Below, piece by piece: positions 1-9,341 of a stretch of DNA of 64,000 nucleotides (position 1 is the stretch's first letter; each line of letters starts with the position of its first letter). Where the stretch lies: contig JARLJF010000092.1 in assembly GCA_031291335.1 (NCBI GenBank), positions 436 through 64,435 on the forward strand, in the 5' to 3' direction. Below the pieces are notes generated by a model that saw only the letters and a program-made list of their open reading frames with translations, was not told where the DNA came from and ran no database searches. Both the position numbers and the translations under genes were made by a program. This DNA is from Pandoraea sp. GTDB taxonomy: Bacteria > Pseudomonadota > Gammaproteobacteria > Burkholderiales > Burkholderiaceae.

Positions 1-858
1 CGACGGATGCCCAGCAGGCAACGTCTTGGCGACGACACCCGGTTGCGTCGGGAACAGCGTTCCCTCCACATCCTTGCCGCCCACGCGAACGAAGTCATAC
101 GTGGCGATGCCGTGCGTCTGGTAAATCTTCCCGGTATAGCCGCGCTCCTGCAGCGTGCGCTGCGGCAGGGCGGCAGGGGTGCCCGACCCCGCCACCAGAA
201 TGGCGTCCGGCTTGGCCGCCATGACCTTCAGGACCTGACCCGTGACACTCGTGTCGGTCCGGTTGAAGCGCTCTTGCGCCACGATCTTCAGTTTGCGTAG
301 CTCGGCAAACTTCGAGAATTCCTTCCACCAACTCTCACCATACGCGTCGGCAAAACCGATAAAGCCCACCGTCTTGATCCCGTGGTTGGCCATGTAGCGC
401 GTCATCACGTCGGCCATCGCCGAATCGTTCGCAGCCATTTTGAACGCCCAGCGGCGCTTCGCGTCCTGCGGCTCCACGGCAACCGCCGACCCGATCAGCG
501 TGATCATCGGCGTCTGCGCTTCGGAAATCGGATCCAGCATGGCCAACGCGCTCGGCGTGATGTTCGGGCCAACGATCACGTCGACCTTGTTCTCGCTCAT
601 GAGCTTGCGCGCGTTCTTCACAGCCGTGCCGGGATCGGAGCCGTCGTCGAGAAAGATGTAATGCGCCTTCTGCCCGCCGATCTGGTCGGGCCAAAGCTGC
701 ATGGCGTTCTTGCTGGCGATGCCGATGGCGGCCGCCGGGCCGGTCGACGACAGATCGATGCCGACGGTGATGTCGGCGCGAGCCGCCGTCACAACGCCGG
801 TCAGGGTCATGGCAAGCAGCACGCCCGAGAAACGGATGCCGCGAAGAGGTGAGCGCAT
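1..858 (-). CDS. Branched-chain amino acid-type ABC transporter substrate-binding protein (LivJ/LivK-like), 3' end runs off the window
   Basis: Minus-strand reading from ATG 858 (RBS AAAGGAG): signal peptide, then ADITVGIDLSSTGPAAAIG...LDDGSDP...VDVIVGP...DAYGE, typical of type I periplasmic binding proteins. Missing from the ORF track because it has no stop in the window. Confidence 0.85.
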   Translation of the reverse strand, partial: MRSPLRGIRFSGVLLAMTLTGVVTAARADITVGIDLSSTGPAAAIGIASKNAMQLWPDQIGGQKAHYIFLDDGSDPGTAVKNARKLMSENKVDVIVGPNITPSALAMLDPISEAQTPMITLIGSAVAVEPQDAKRRWAFKMAANDSAMADVMTRYMANHGIKTVGFIGFADAYGESWWKEFSKFAELRKLKIVAQERFNRTDTSVTGQVLKVMAAKPDAILVAGSGTPAALPQRTLQERGYTGKIYQTHGIATYDFVRVGGKDVEGTLFPTQPGVVAKTLPAGHPS

Positions 859-1138
859 GGGGTCTCCTTTAGATCGAATCGCGTAAGCATACCGCACAGG
901 TTGCATTCGACCAGCGAAGAAAAATAGTGCGCGATCGACCGGGTCGTGCGGCTTGGGATGGACGTTCGGGCGAAGGGGATTTCCCGATTCGTGCTCGGCA
1001 GTCTTGGACAAGGAACACGCCGTTGCGTGTCCTGTCAGTGCCAGCACGCCATCGCCGAGCACGAGTCGTCAGCGAGTCAATACTGCGACGGGCCTCACGG
1101 TGGCGCACCCCCTGGAAATCCGATGGAGTTTTTGAAGT

Positions 1139-1630
1139 ATGACGTTCTTTTCCCGAATCCCCGTCTCGTCCCAACTCTTGCAGTTGAGTGAAACCGTGGC
1201 ATACCGCTGTAGCCCGAGCGCCCGAAACGATCAACGTCGCGTGACGATGAGTTCGTTCCGGCACCTGTTCAAGTCGATCCGGAATCTCAATATGCGCTCG
1301 TTCTCAGCATCCGATAACACGCCGGAGACGCAGTTTCGATATGCCTACATTTCGTTGAGGCTTCACGAGCTCAGACAGGAACACCATCTCCATCCGCAAA
1401 AGTTGGCGAAGGTGGAGAAAATCCAGTTGGCATTCGACAAGGTGATGTCTGGTGATGAGCACAAATGCCCCGCCGAGCGAGCGGGGGCGCCGGTGACACA
1501 CTATTTGAAACGACTCAGAGAGGGCGCGCGCGTGAATTTCGCGGCGGAATTCGAAGCGATTCACCGCACCGAAAGGGCGCGCCAGCGAGGGCGGGCGCAT
1601 TTCGGCGCGTCAAGCCGTTACAGCTCGTAG
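1139..1630 (+). CDS. Hypothetical protein (orphan, 163 aa)
   Basis: ORF fills the gap between two minus-strand genes, has GGAG upstream and overlaps the cysB 3' end by 13 bp. No recognisable motif; the start could be 1247. Confidence 0.5.
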   Translation: MTFFSRIPVSSQLLQLSETVAYRCSPSARNDQRRVTMSSFRHLFKSIRNLNMRSFSASDNTPETQFRYAYISLRLHELRQEHHLHPQKLAKVEKIQLAFDKVMSGDEHKCPAERAGAPVTHYLKRLREGARVNFAAEFEAIHRTERARQRGRAHFGASSRYSS

Positions 1631-2559
1631 CTTTCGTGTTCGCCGCGCAATGCCTGCTCGACCAGCTTGCGAGTCAGAATCGGCGACAGTAGCTCGACCA
1701 TCGTGAAGACATAGCCGCGCAGATACGCACCCTGCTTCAGCGCGACGCGCGTGACGTTCGTGCCGAACAGATGTCCCACGTGGATGGCCCGGAGATTGCG
1801 GTCGCGCTCCGGGTCGAACGCCACGCCCGCCAGAATCCCCACGCCCAGCCCCAACTCCACATACGTCTTGATGACGTCGGCATCGATGGCTTCGAGCACG
1901 ATGTCCGGCTGCACATGACGCAGCGCAAACGCCTGATCGATCTTGGCGCGTCCCGCGAACTGCGGGTCATAAGTAATTAGCGGGTACTTCGCCAGATCCT
2001 CGATCCCCACCGACGGCAATTGCAGGAGCGGGTGATCCGGCGGCACCACGGCTACGTGCTGCCACTGATAACAAGGCAGCGACACCAGATCCTTATAGCC
2101 GGCAATGGCCTCGGTCGCGATGGCCAGATCGGCCTGATCGTGCAGCACCATTTCGGCAATCTGCGTCGGGCTGCCCTGCAGGATCGAGAGCCGCACCTTC
2201 GGGAAGCGCTTCTTGAACTCGGCCACCGCATGCGGCAGCGAGTAGCGCGCCTGGGTGTGCGTCGTGGCAATCGTGAGACTGCCCTGATCCTGGGCGGCGT
2301 AGTCCTTGCCGATCCGCTTGAGGCTTTCCACCTCTAGCAAGATTCGTTCAACGGACTCGAAGATGATGCGCCCGGGCTCCGTCAGATTACGGATGCGCTT
2401 GCCGTGCCGGGCAAAGATGTCGACCCCAAGCTCTTCTTCGAGCTCGATGATGGCCTTGGACACCCCAGGTTGGGAGGTAAATAGTGCCTTGGCGGCCTCG
2501 GTCAGGTTGAAATTCTGACGAACGGCCTCGCGCACAAAACGGAACTGGTGCAGGTTCAT
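1618..2559 (-). CDS. cysB: CysB family LysR-type transcriptional regulator
   Basis: MNLHQFRFVREAVRQNFNLTEAAKALFTSQPGVSK HTH, and TTHTQARY and DADVIKTYVELGLGVG CysB/Cbl signatures; divergent from the cys operon. Confidence 0.92.
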   Translation of the reverse strand: MNLHQFRFVREAVRQNFNLTEAAKALFTSQPGVSKAIIELEEELGVDIFARHGKRIRNLTEPGRIIFESVERILLEVESLKRIGKDYAAQDQGSLTIATTHTQARYSLPHAVAEFKKRFPKVRLSILQGSPTQIAEMVLHDQADLAIATEAIAGYKDLVSLPCYQWQHVAVVPPDHPLLQLPSVGIEDLAKYPLITYDPQFAGRAKIDQAFALRHVQPDIVLEAIDADVIKTYVELGLGVGILAGVAFDPERDRNLRAIHVGHLFGTNVTRVALKQGAYLRGYVFTMVELLSPILTRKLVEQALRGEHESYEL

Positions 2560-2692
2560 TTGTATAACTTTAGAAAATATACAAACAATTTTTAATTCGT
2601 TTGAAGTATATAGGGTTTTCATTACAGTGGGTGCCACTGTTTCGATAACGTTATTCCCACCAGGCATTAAGGACCTACCAGGAACGTCATAC
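2560..2692. promoter_or_regulatory. AT-rich divergent promoter region of cysB and the cys operon, probable CysB site
   Basis: Strongly AT-rich tract with an imperfect dyad TATACAAAC...GTTTGAAGTATA between divergent genes; exact binding site not defined. Confidence 0.55.
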
Positions 2693-3469
2693 ATGTCGCT
2701 GTGGCTCGAACCCCTTTCCGGATTTGGCGTCGGCCTGCTGGTCGGCCTGACCGGTGTCGGTGGGGGCTCGCTGATGACGCCGCTGCTTACCCTGTTGCTT
2801 GGCTACGCTGCGCCGGTCGCAGTGGGCACGGATCTGGCGTTTGCGGCGATTACCAAGAGCTTCGGCACGGTAGCGCACCGCTCGCACGGGCATGTCAAAT
2901 GGCACATCGTGCGTCGCCTTACGCTTGGCGCATTGCCGGCGGCGCTGGTGACGATCCTCTTTCTGAAACGTCTGGGCGGTATCAACGACGACGCGCTGCA
3001 CGTCATCAAGCTGACGATTGCGGGCTCGGTACTGCTCACGGTGCTCTCCCTGCTATTCCGCGCGAAGCTGCTGTCCGCGTTGCGCGCACACCCGAACTGG
3101 CAGTTGACGGGCCGCAAGCAGGCGGTTGCCACGGTCGTGGTCGGCGCTGTGATCGGCGTGCTCGTGACGATTTCCTCGATTGGCGCCGGTGCTGTTGGCG
3201 CGACGCTGATCCTGTTGTTGTACCCGCAGTTGGAACCGGCCGAAGTCGCCGGTACCGATATTGCCTATGCCGTACCGCTGACGGCGATTGCCGCGCTGGG
3301 CCATATCTGGCTCGAGACGGTGCACTGGGCACTACTCGGTAGTCTGTTGATCGGCTCCCTGCCCGGGATCTGGCTGGGCGCGAAGCTTACCCGTCATCTG
3401 CCCGAGCGCATTGTGCGCGGGGCGCTGGCGGCAACGCTCACGCTCGCGGCAGTGAAGCTGGTCGGCTGA
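2693..3469 (+). CDS. Sulfite exporter TauE/SafE family protein
   Basis: GLTGVGGGSLMTP, AVGTDL and VAGTDIAYAVP motifs; multi-pass hydrophobic protein. Confidence 0.9.
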   Translation: MSLWLEPLSGFGVGLLVGLTGVGGGSLMTPLLTLLLGYAAPVAVGTDLAFAAITKSFGTVAHRSHGHVKWHIVRRLTLGALPAALVTILFLKRLGGINDDALHVIKLTIAGSVLLTVLSLLFRAKLLSALRAHPNWQLTGRKQAVATVVVGAVIGVLVTISSIGAGAVGATLILLLYPQLEPAEVAGTDIAYAVPLTAIAALGHIWLETVHWALLGSLLIGSLPGIWLGAKLTRHLPERIVRGALAATLTLAAVKLVG

Positions 3470-3499
3470 CACCCCCACAGATAACAAGGAGTTCGCGAA

Positions 3500-4291
3500 A
3501 TGCGAAACGAATCCCGCTGGGAACCCACCCCGGCCGCCGTACCGTCGAATGCGACCGATGCCGAGCATCAGGACATGGCGCTGCTCGACGAAATGGAAGC
3601 CGTGCTGGCCGAGCGCCTCCGGCGCATCGCGGGGTCGCATCGCAACGTGAAGTTTGCCAGCAGCCTGGCCGCCGAAGACATGCTCATCACGCACGTGATT
3701 CTGCGCCAGCAACTGCCGATTACGGTGTTCACGCTGAATACCGGCCGTCTGCATGCCGAAACGCTCGGCATGATCGACCAGATCAAATCGCGTTATGGCT
3801 ATGACGTCGTGCAGTACGCACCGCAGGCCGACGCTGTCGAGCAATACGTGACCGAGCATGGCGCCAATGCGTTCTATGAGAGCGTGGATCTGCGCAAGGC
3901 GTGCTGCCAGATTCGCAAGGTCGAGCCGCTCGGCCACGCGCTCGCCGACGCCGATGCCTGGCTCACCGGCCAGCGCCGCGAACAGTCTGTCACTCGCGGC
4001 GAGCTATCGTTCGCCGAGCAGGACGACGCGCGCGGCATCGCCAAGTACAACCCGCTCTTCGACTGGACGGAAGTGCAAGTGTGGGCCTACCTCACGGCGC
4101 GTGACGTGCCGGTCAACCCGCTGCACGCGCGTGGCTACCCGAGCATCGGCTGCGAGCCTTGTACCCGCGCCATCCGCCCCGGGGAAGACAGCCGGGCAGG
4201 GCGCTGGTGGTGGGAGTCGCGTGACAGCAAGGAATGCGGATTGCACGCCGGCAACCTGAGCAAGATCCCTGTGTCGGTGCAGTCGAACTAA
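3500..4291 (+). CDS. cysH: Adenosine 5'-phosphosulfate (APS) reductase, CysH family with Fe-S cysteines
   Basis: LNTG, ACCQIRKVEPL, YPSIGCEPCT, RAGRWWWE and ECGLH motifs. Confidence 0.93.
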   Translation: MRNESRWEPTPAAVPSNATDAEHQDMALLDEMEAVLAERLRRIAGSHRNVKFASSLAAEDMLITHVILRQQLPITVFTLNTGRLHAETLGMIDQIKSRYGYDVVQYAPQADAVEQYVTEHGANAFYESVDLRKACCQIRKVEPLGHALADADAWLTGQRREQSVTRGELSFAEQDDARGIAKYNPLFDWTEVQVWAYLTARDVPVNPLHARGYPSIGCEPCTRAIRPGEDSRAGRWWWESRDSKECGLHAGNLSKIPVSVQSN

Positions 4292-4416
4292 CGCACCAGG
4301 CGCAGCGCCTGCGGAGCGGGCAAACAAGATAGATGACGATGCGCCGCCCCTGAACGGCGGCACATCGTGGCAAACCGAATCACGGAAATCTCGGAATCGT
4401 CAAGGAAGGGAACACT

Positions 4417-5364
4417 ATGGGTGCGATGCACGAAGTCGCGCAGGCCAATGGCTCGCGAATGGATCATCTGGACTGGCTCGAAGCCGAATCGATGTACATC
4501 CTGCGTGAGGTCGTGGCGGAGTGCCGCAAGCCCGCACTGCTGTTCTCGGGGGGCAAGGATTCGGTCGTGGTGCTGCATCTCGCGCTCAAGGCTTTCGGCC
4601 TCGGCCCGAACCGCAAGACGGTGTTGCCGTTCCCGCTCGTGCATATCGATACGGGGCACAACTATCCGGAAGTGATCGAGTTCCGTGACCGTCACGCCAA
4701 AGCGCTGGGCGCCGAACTGGTCGTGGGGCATGTGGAAGACTCGATCCGCCGCGGCACGGTTCGCCTGCGTCGCGAGACCGATTCGCGTAACGCCGCCCAA
4801 GCCGTGACTCTGCTCGAGACGATTGCCGAACACGGCTACGACGCCATGATCGGCGGCGCCCGCCGCGACGAAGAGAAGGCTCGCGCCAAGGAGCGCATCT
4901 TCTCGTTCCGTGATGAATTCGGTCAGTGGGACCCGAAGGCGCAACGCCCGGAGCTGTGGCACCTGTTCAACGCGCGTCTGCATAGCGGCGAGCACCTGCG
5001 CGTGTTCCCGATCTCGAACTGGACCGAGCTGGACGTGTGGCAATACATCGCTCGCGAGAATCTCGATCTGCCGTCGATCTATTACGCCCACGAACGTGAG
5101 ATCGTGCGCCGCAACGGCTTGCTCGTGCCGGTCACGCCGCTCACGCCGAAGCAGGACGGCGAGTCGAGCGAAACCGCCTCGGTGCGTTTCCGGACTGTCG
5201 GTGACATTAGTTGCACGTGCCCGGTGGCCAGCATTGCTGCGAGCCCGGTGGAGATCATTGCCGAGACGGCCGTGACCGACATCACCGAGCGCGGCGCGAC
5301 CCGCATGGACGATCAGACGTCCGAGGCCGCGATGGAGCAGCGCAAGAAGCAAGGGTATTTCTGA
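4417..5364 (+). CDS. cysD: Sulfate adenylyltransferase subunit 2
   Basis: FSGGKDS PP-loop, GGARRDEEKARAKER, C-terminal MEQRKKQGYF. Confidence 0.96.
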   Translation: MGAMHEVAQANGSRMDHLDWLEAESMYILREVVAECRKPALLFSGGKDSVVVLHLALKAFGLGPNRKTVLPFPLVHIDTGHNYPEVIEFRDRHAKALGAELVVGHVEDSIRRGTVRLRRETDSRNAAQAVTLLETIAEHGYDAMIGGARRDEEKARAKERIFSFRDEFGQWDPKAQRPELWHLFNARLHSGEHLRVFPISNWTELDVWQYIARENLDLPSIYYAHEREIVRRNGLLVPVTPLTPKQDGESSETASVRFRTVGDISCTCPVASIAASPVEIIAETAVTDITERGATRMDDQTSEAAMEQRKKQGYF

Positions 5365-5464
5365 GGCGCCGAACGGCCGCCATTGAACCCACGTTCAGAG
5401 ACATCGGCCCGCCGGGTGCGCAGATTCGACGCACCGGGGGCCACGCAATCGAGTTGAAAAGATC

Positions 5465-6766
5465 ATGAGCCTCACCCCGCATCAGGAAGACCTCGGCGTG
5501 CTGCGTTTCATTACGGCTGGCAGCGTCGACGACGGCAAGAGCACGTTGATCGGCCGTCTGCTGTACGACAGCAAATCGGTACTGACCGACCAGCTCTCCG
5601 CACTGTCCCGCGCGAAACACAAGCGTACCTCCGGCGAAGACATCGACTTCTCGCTGCTCACCGACGGTCTCGAAGCCGAGCGTGAGCAGGGCATCACCAT
5701 CGACGTCGCCTATCGTTACTTCACGACCGCACGCCGCAAGTTCATCATCGCCGACACGCCGGGCCACGAGCAGTACACGCGCAACATGGTCACGGGCGCA
5801 TCGACAGCGCACGCCGCGATCGTTCTGGTCGATGCCACGCGCGTGACCGAAGTCAACGGCCGCACCGAGTTGCTCGCCCAGACCAAGCGCCACAGCGCGA
5901 TCGTCAAGCTGCTCGGTTTGCAGCACGTCATCGTTGCCATCAACAAGATGGATCTGGTGGACTACAGCGAGACGACCTTCGATTCGATTCGCGCCGCTTA
6001 TCTGGAATTGGCGCAGCGCCTGGGCCTGGAAGACGTGCGCTTCGTGCCGGTTTCCGCGCTCAAGGGCGATAACATCGTCTACGCGAGCGAGCGCATGCCC
6101 TGGTATCAGGACGAGCCGCTGCTCGACCTGCTCGAGTCGCTGCCGGTCGCGCAGTTGGGCGGCGAGCTGCGTTTCCCGGTGCAACTGGTGGCGCGTCAGG
6201 ACGGCTCGCACGCCGATGACTTCCGTGGCTACATGGGACGCGTGGAATCGGGGTCGGTCCGTGTCGGTCAGGCACTTCGCGTGCTGCCGGCGGGCCGCTC
6301 GGCGACCGTGGCGGAGATCGTCGGGCCAAGTGGTTTGCTCGAAGAAGCCTTCGCCGGGCAGTGCGTGACGATCCGTCTGACTGAAGATGTGGATGTTTCG
6401 CGTGGCGATACGTTCGTGAGCGCCGAGTCGGCACTGGAACCGTCTCGCAAGTTGTCCGCAGACGTTTGCTGGTTCGACGAGGATGCCCTGGCGCCGCAAC
6501 GCAAGTATCTGCTCAAGCAAGCGACCAGCACGGTGTACGTGAAGGTCGGCAGCGTGGACACGGTGCTCGACGTCAGCACGCTCTCGCACGGCACGCAGAA
6601 GACGACGCTCGCCATGAACGACATCGGCCGCGTGCAGTTGAGCCTGCAAAAGCCGGTGGCAGCCGACACGTATGACGCGAACCCTGCGACGGGTGCGTTC
6701 GTGCTGATCGACGAAGCCACGCACCATACGGTGGCCGCGGGAATGATTCGCGCGCTCGCCGCGTAA
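5465..6766 (+). CDS. cysN: Sulfate adenylyltransferase subunit 1 (GTPase, no APS kinase domain)
   Basis: GSVDDGKSTLIGRLL, EREQGITIDVAYRYF, DTPGH and NKMD motifs. Confidence 0.96.
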   Translation: MSLTPHQEDLGVLRFITAGSVDDGKSTLIGRLLYDSKSVLTDQLSALSRAKHKRTSGEDIDFSLLTDGLEAEREQGITIDVAYRYFTTARRKFIIADTPGHEQYTRNMVTGASTAHAAIVLVDATRVTEVNGRTELLAQTKRHSAIVKLLGLQHVIVAINKMDLVDYSETTFDSIRAAYLELAQRLGLEDVRFVPVSALKGDNIVYASERMPWYQDEPLLDLLESLPVAQLGGELRFPVQLVARQDGSHADDFRGYMGRVESGSVRVGQALRVLPAGRSATVAEIVGPSGLLEEAFAGQCVTIRLTEDVDVSRGDTFVSAESALEPSRKLSADVCWFDEDALAPQRKYLLKQATSTVYVKVGSVDTVLDVSTLSHGTQKTTLAMNDIGRVQLSLQKPVAADTYDANPATGAFVLIDEATHHTVAAGMIRALAA

Positions 6767-6875
6767 TGACGTAATGGCGTAATGCGCACGGAGGACATAC
6801 GTTCTCTTCTGTCTTGAACGGCGCACGGCCCCCCGGATGGGGTTGGCGCCAAACCCCTCCAACCATGACGGCATC

Positions 6876-7664
6876 ATGATGGTGACTTCTTCGCAATCCG
6901 GTCAGGCGCTGGGCAAGGTCTATCTCGTAGGCGCGGGCCCCGGCGCGGCCGATCTGATTACGGTGCGTGGCGCACGACTGCTAGCACAGGCCGACGTGGT
7001 GCTCCACGACGCGCTCGTCGAGCCGGAAATGCTGGCGCTGTGCCCGCAGGCCAAGCGAATTGCCGTCGGCAAGCGCTGCGGCAAACAGTCGAGTGCGCAG
7101 CACTTCATCAACAAGCAGTTGATCGACCATGCACGCACCCACGCGCTGGTGGTGCGCCTGAAGGGCGGCGACCCGATGCTGTTCGGCCGGGCAGACGAAG
7201 AGTTGCGCGCACTGGAGGCGGCCGGTATCCCGGTGGAAGTCGTTCCCGGTATCACGGCGGCGCTGGCCAGTGCGGCGGCGCTTGGCCGTTCGCTGACGCT
7301 ACGCGGCGTGGCCCGCAGCGTGGCCTTTGCAACCCAAAGCCGTGCGCCGGAGTCGGCGGAGATTGCGGCGCAGGCGTCGGCCGATTCGCTGGTCTATTAC
7401 ATGGGACGCGGCAGCGCCCAGCGCATCGCAGCGGAGTTGATCGACGCGGGCAAACCGGCCTCGACGCCCGTCGCGATCGTGGAAGCGGCAACGACCCCGC
7501 GTGAGCGGCGCGTGCGCCTGACGCTGGATGACGTCCGGCAAGGGCTGGCGGCGTCGTGGTTCGATGCGGCGCAACCGAGCGTTCTGCTCATCGGCGAGGC
7601 GTTTGCCAATGCTGATGCCGCGTCGTTGCACGATTGGGCGGCGCAGGCTGCTATGGCGGCTTGA
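6876..7664 (+). CDS. cobA: Uroporphyrinogen-III C-methyltransferase (SUMT)
   Basis: VYLVGAGPG, RLKGGDPMLFGR, VPGITA motifs. Confidence 0.92.
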   Translation: MMVTSSQSGQALGKVYLVGAGPGAADLITVRGARLLAQADVVLHDALVEPEMLALCPQAKRIAVGKRCGKQSSAQHFINKQLIDHARTHALVVRLKGGDPMLFGRADEELRALEAAGIPVEVVPGITAALASAAALGRSLTLRGVARSVAFATQSRAPESAEIAAQASADSLVYYMGRGSAQRIAAELIDAGKPASTPVAIVEAATTPRERRVRLTLDDVRQGLAASWFDAAQPSVLLIGEAFANADAASLHDWAAQAAMAA

Positions 7665-7740
7665 CCGTAGGTCGCTTCAGCGGCTTCAGCGACAGCGAAG
7701 CCTCTGGACCCGCCTCATAACCGGTTTCCAGGGCAGGAAT

Positions 7741-7780
7741 GCAAAAAGGCGTCACAGTGACCTGTGATGCCTTTTTTTGC
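7741..7780. terminator. Bidirectional intrinsic terminator
   Basis: AAAAAGGCGTCACAG-TGAC-CTGTGATGCCTTTTTTT between convergent cobA and cbiX. Confidence 0.75.
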
Positions 7781-7810
7781 GTGGAACCGGACTCGGATGC
7801 TACGCAGCCG

Positions 7811-8191
7811 TCAGTTGCCGCCCATCATTCTGCCGCAGTACTCGGCAAGGGCATCGAGTACTTTGTCGTCCTCTCCGATGGCCGCGCTCACGCGTAGTTC
7901 GAGGCCCGGATGCGCGGCGCGGCACGCGTCGGCGAGTACCGGAAGATCGCGCCTCACGTGGCCGCCCTGACCCAGAAAGACTGGCACCAGTGTGATATCC
8001 GATGTCCCCTGCGATGCCATGTCGGCCACCGCGTCGGCAAGGTTCGGGGTCATCAGTTCCAGAAACGCAAGCCGGACATCGGCGTCGGGACGCTGTGCGC
8101 TCAGCTTGTCGCGCAGTCGCTCGAACGGTTCGGCCCAACGCGGGTCGCGCGAGCCGTGAGCAAACAGAATGACGCCGGACTTGCCGTGCAT
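7811..8191 (-). CDS. cbiX: Sirohydrochlorin chelatase, small CbiX/SirB type
   Basis: FAHGSRDP, AFLE and GQGGHVRRDLP motifs; sits next to the SUMT gene. Confidence 0.85.
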   Translation of the reverse strand: MHGKSGVILFAHGSRDPRWAEPFERLRDKLSAQRPDADVRLAFLELMTPNLADAVADMASQGTSDITLVPVFLGQGGHVRRDLPVLADACRAAHPGLELRVSAAIGEDDKVLDALAEYCGRMMGGN

Positions 8192-8201
8192 GGTCGAGGC
8201 C

Positions 8202-9341
8202 TCAGTGCTTGTCGACCCAGCGCAACGCCGCGACAGCGAGCACCAGATAGAGTAACGATGGCAACGCCGCCGTGAACCACGCCGGCCAGGTGTTGAGCAG
8301 ACCCAGATGCGAGAACAGATTGTTGAGCAACTGGAAGCTCATGCCGAGCATGATCCCGCCGAACACCTTCAGACCGATGGCACCCGCGCGCGCATGCAGA
8401 TAGGCGAACGGCAGCGCCAGCGCCATCATCACGAAGACGGCCAGCGGATACAGCAGCTTCTGCCAGAGCGCGAGGTTATAGCGGTCGGTGTTCTGCTGGT
8501 TTTCCTTCAGATGGCCGATGTACCGGTACAGACTACCGATCGCCATGTTATCCGGCGAGACCATCAGCACCGACAGAATCTGCGGCGTCAGTTCGGAGCG
8601 CATCTGCACCGAATCGATATGCACCTGCTTGCTCTGCACCAGGGCGCGCAGCGGGTCGTTGCTTGCCGTGGCGTCATTGGTCGCGCTGAAGACCGTTTCG
8701 GACACGTCCGTCAGTTTCCAGAAATTCGGTGCGTCGAACTGCCCCAGCTTCGCCAGTCGTACGCTGTCGAGCCGAAGCTTGTCATCGAACTCGTAGATGC
8801 GGACGTTGGCGATGGTGTTGTCCGGGTTGAGCGTACCCACGTTGATGAAGCGGGTGATGCGCGAGCCGTCCTGATCGACGGTGTCCTTGACCCAGACGCC
8901 GGAACGAAAGCCCGCCGACACCGAACTGCCGAGCGCCTCGAGACGAATCTTCTGCGCAAGCTGCTCGGCATTCGGCGCGACATATTCGCCGATGACGAAC
9001 GTGATCATCACGATCGGGAAGCCGATCTTCAGCAGCGATCGCAGCGCTTGCCCCGTCGACAGGCCCGAGACGCGGAAAATCGTGAATTCCGAGTTGCCGG
9101 CCAGTTGCGCGCAGACATAAATCGCGGCAATGAGCGAGGCGACCGGAATGATTTCGTACATGCGCTGCGGCGCGAACAGCAGCACATAGGCGAGGGCGTG
9201 CTGGAAGCGGTAACCGCCCCGGCCGACGTCGCCCAGTTCGCTCACGAGATCGAAGAAGACGAACAGGCCGACGAACGCGAGCAGAACGAAGAGGAACGCC
9301 AGGTAGATCTGGCGCGCAAAGTATTTCTCGTAGACGCGCAT
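8202..9341 (-). CDS. lptG: LPS export ABC transporter permease LptG
   Basis: YjgP/Q architecture, NSEFTIFRVSGLS; second gene of the lptFG pair. Confidence 0.93.
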   Translation of the reverse strand: MRVYEKYFARQIYLAFLFVLLAFVGLFVFFDLVSELGDVGRGGYRFQHALAYVLLFAPQRMYEIIPVASLIAAIYVCAQLAGNSEFTIFRVSGLSTGQALRSLLKIGFPIVMITFVIGEYVAPNAEQLAQKIRLEALGSSVSAGFRSGVWVKDTVDQDGSRITRFINVGTLNPDNTIANVRIYEFDDKLRLDSVRLAKLGQFDAPNFWKLTDVSETVFSATNDATASNDPLRALVQSKQVHIDSVQMRSELTPQILSVLMVSPDNMAIGSLYRYIGHLKENQQNTDRYNLALWQKLLYPLAVFVMMALALPFAYLHARAGAIGLKVFGGIMLGMSFQLLNNLFSHLGLLNTWPAWFTAALPSLLYLVLAVAALRWVDKH

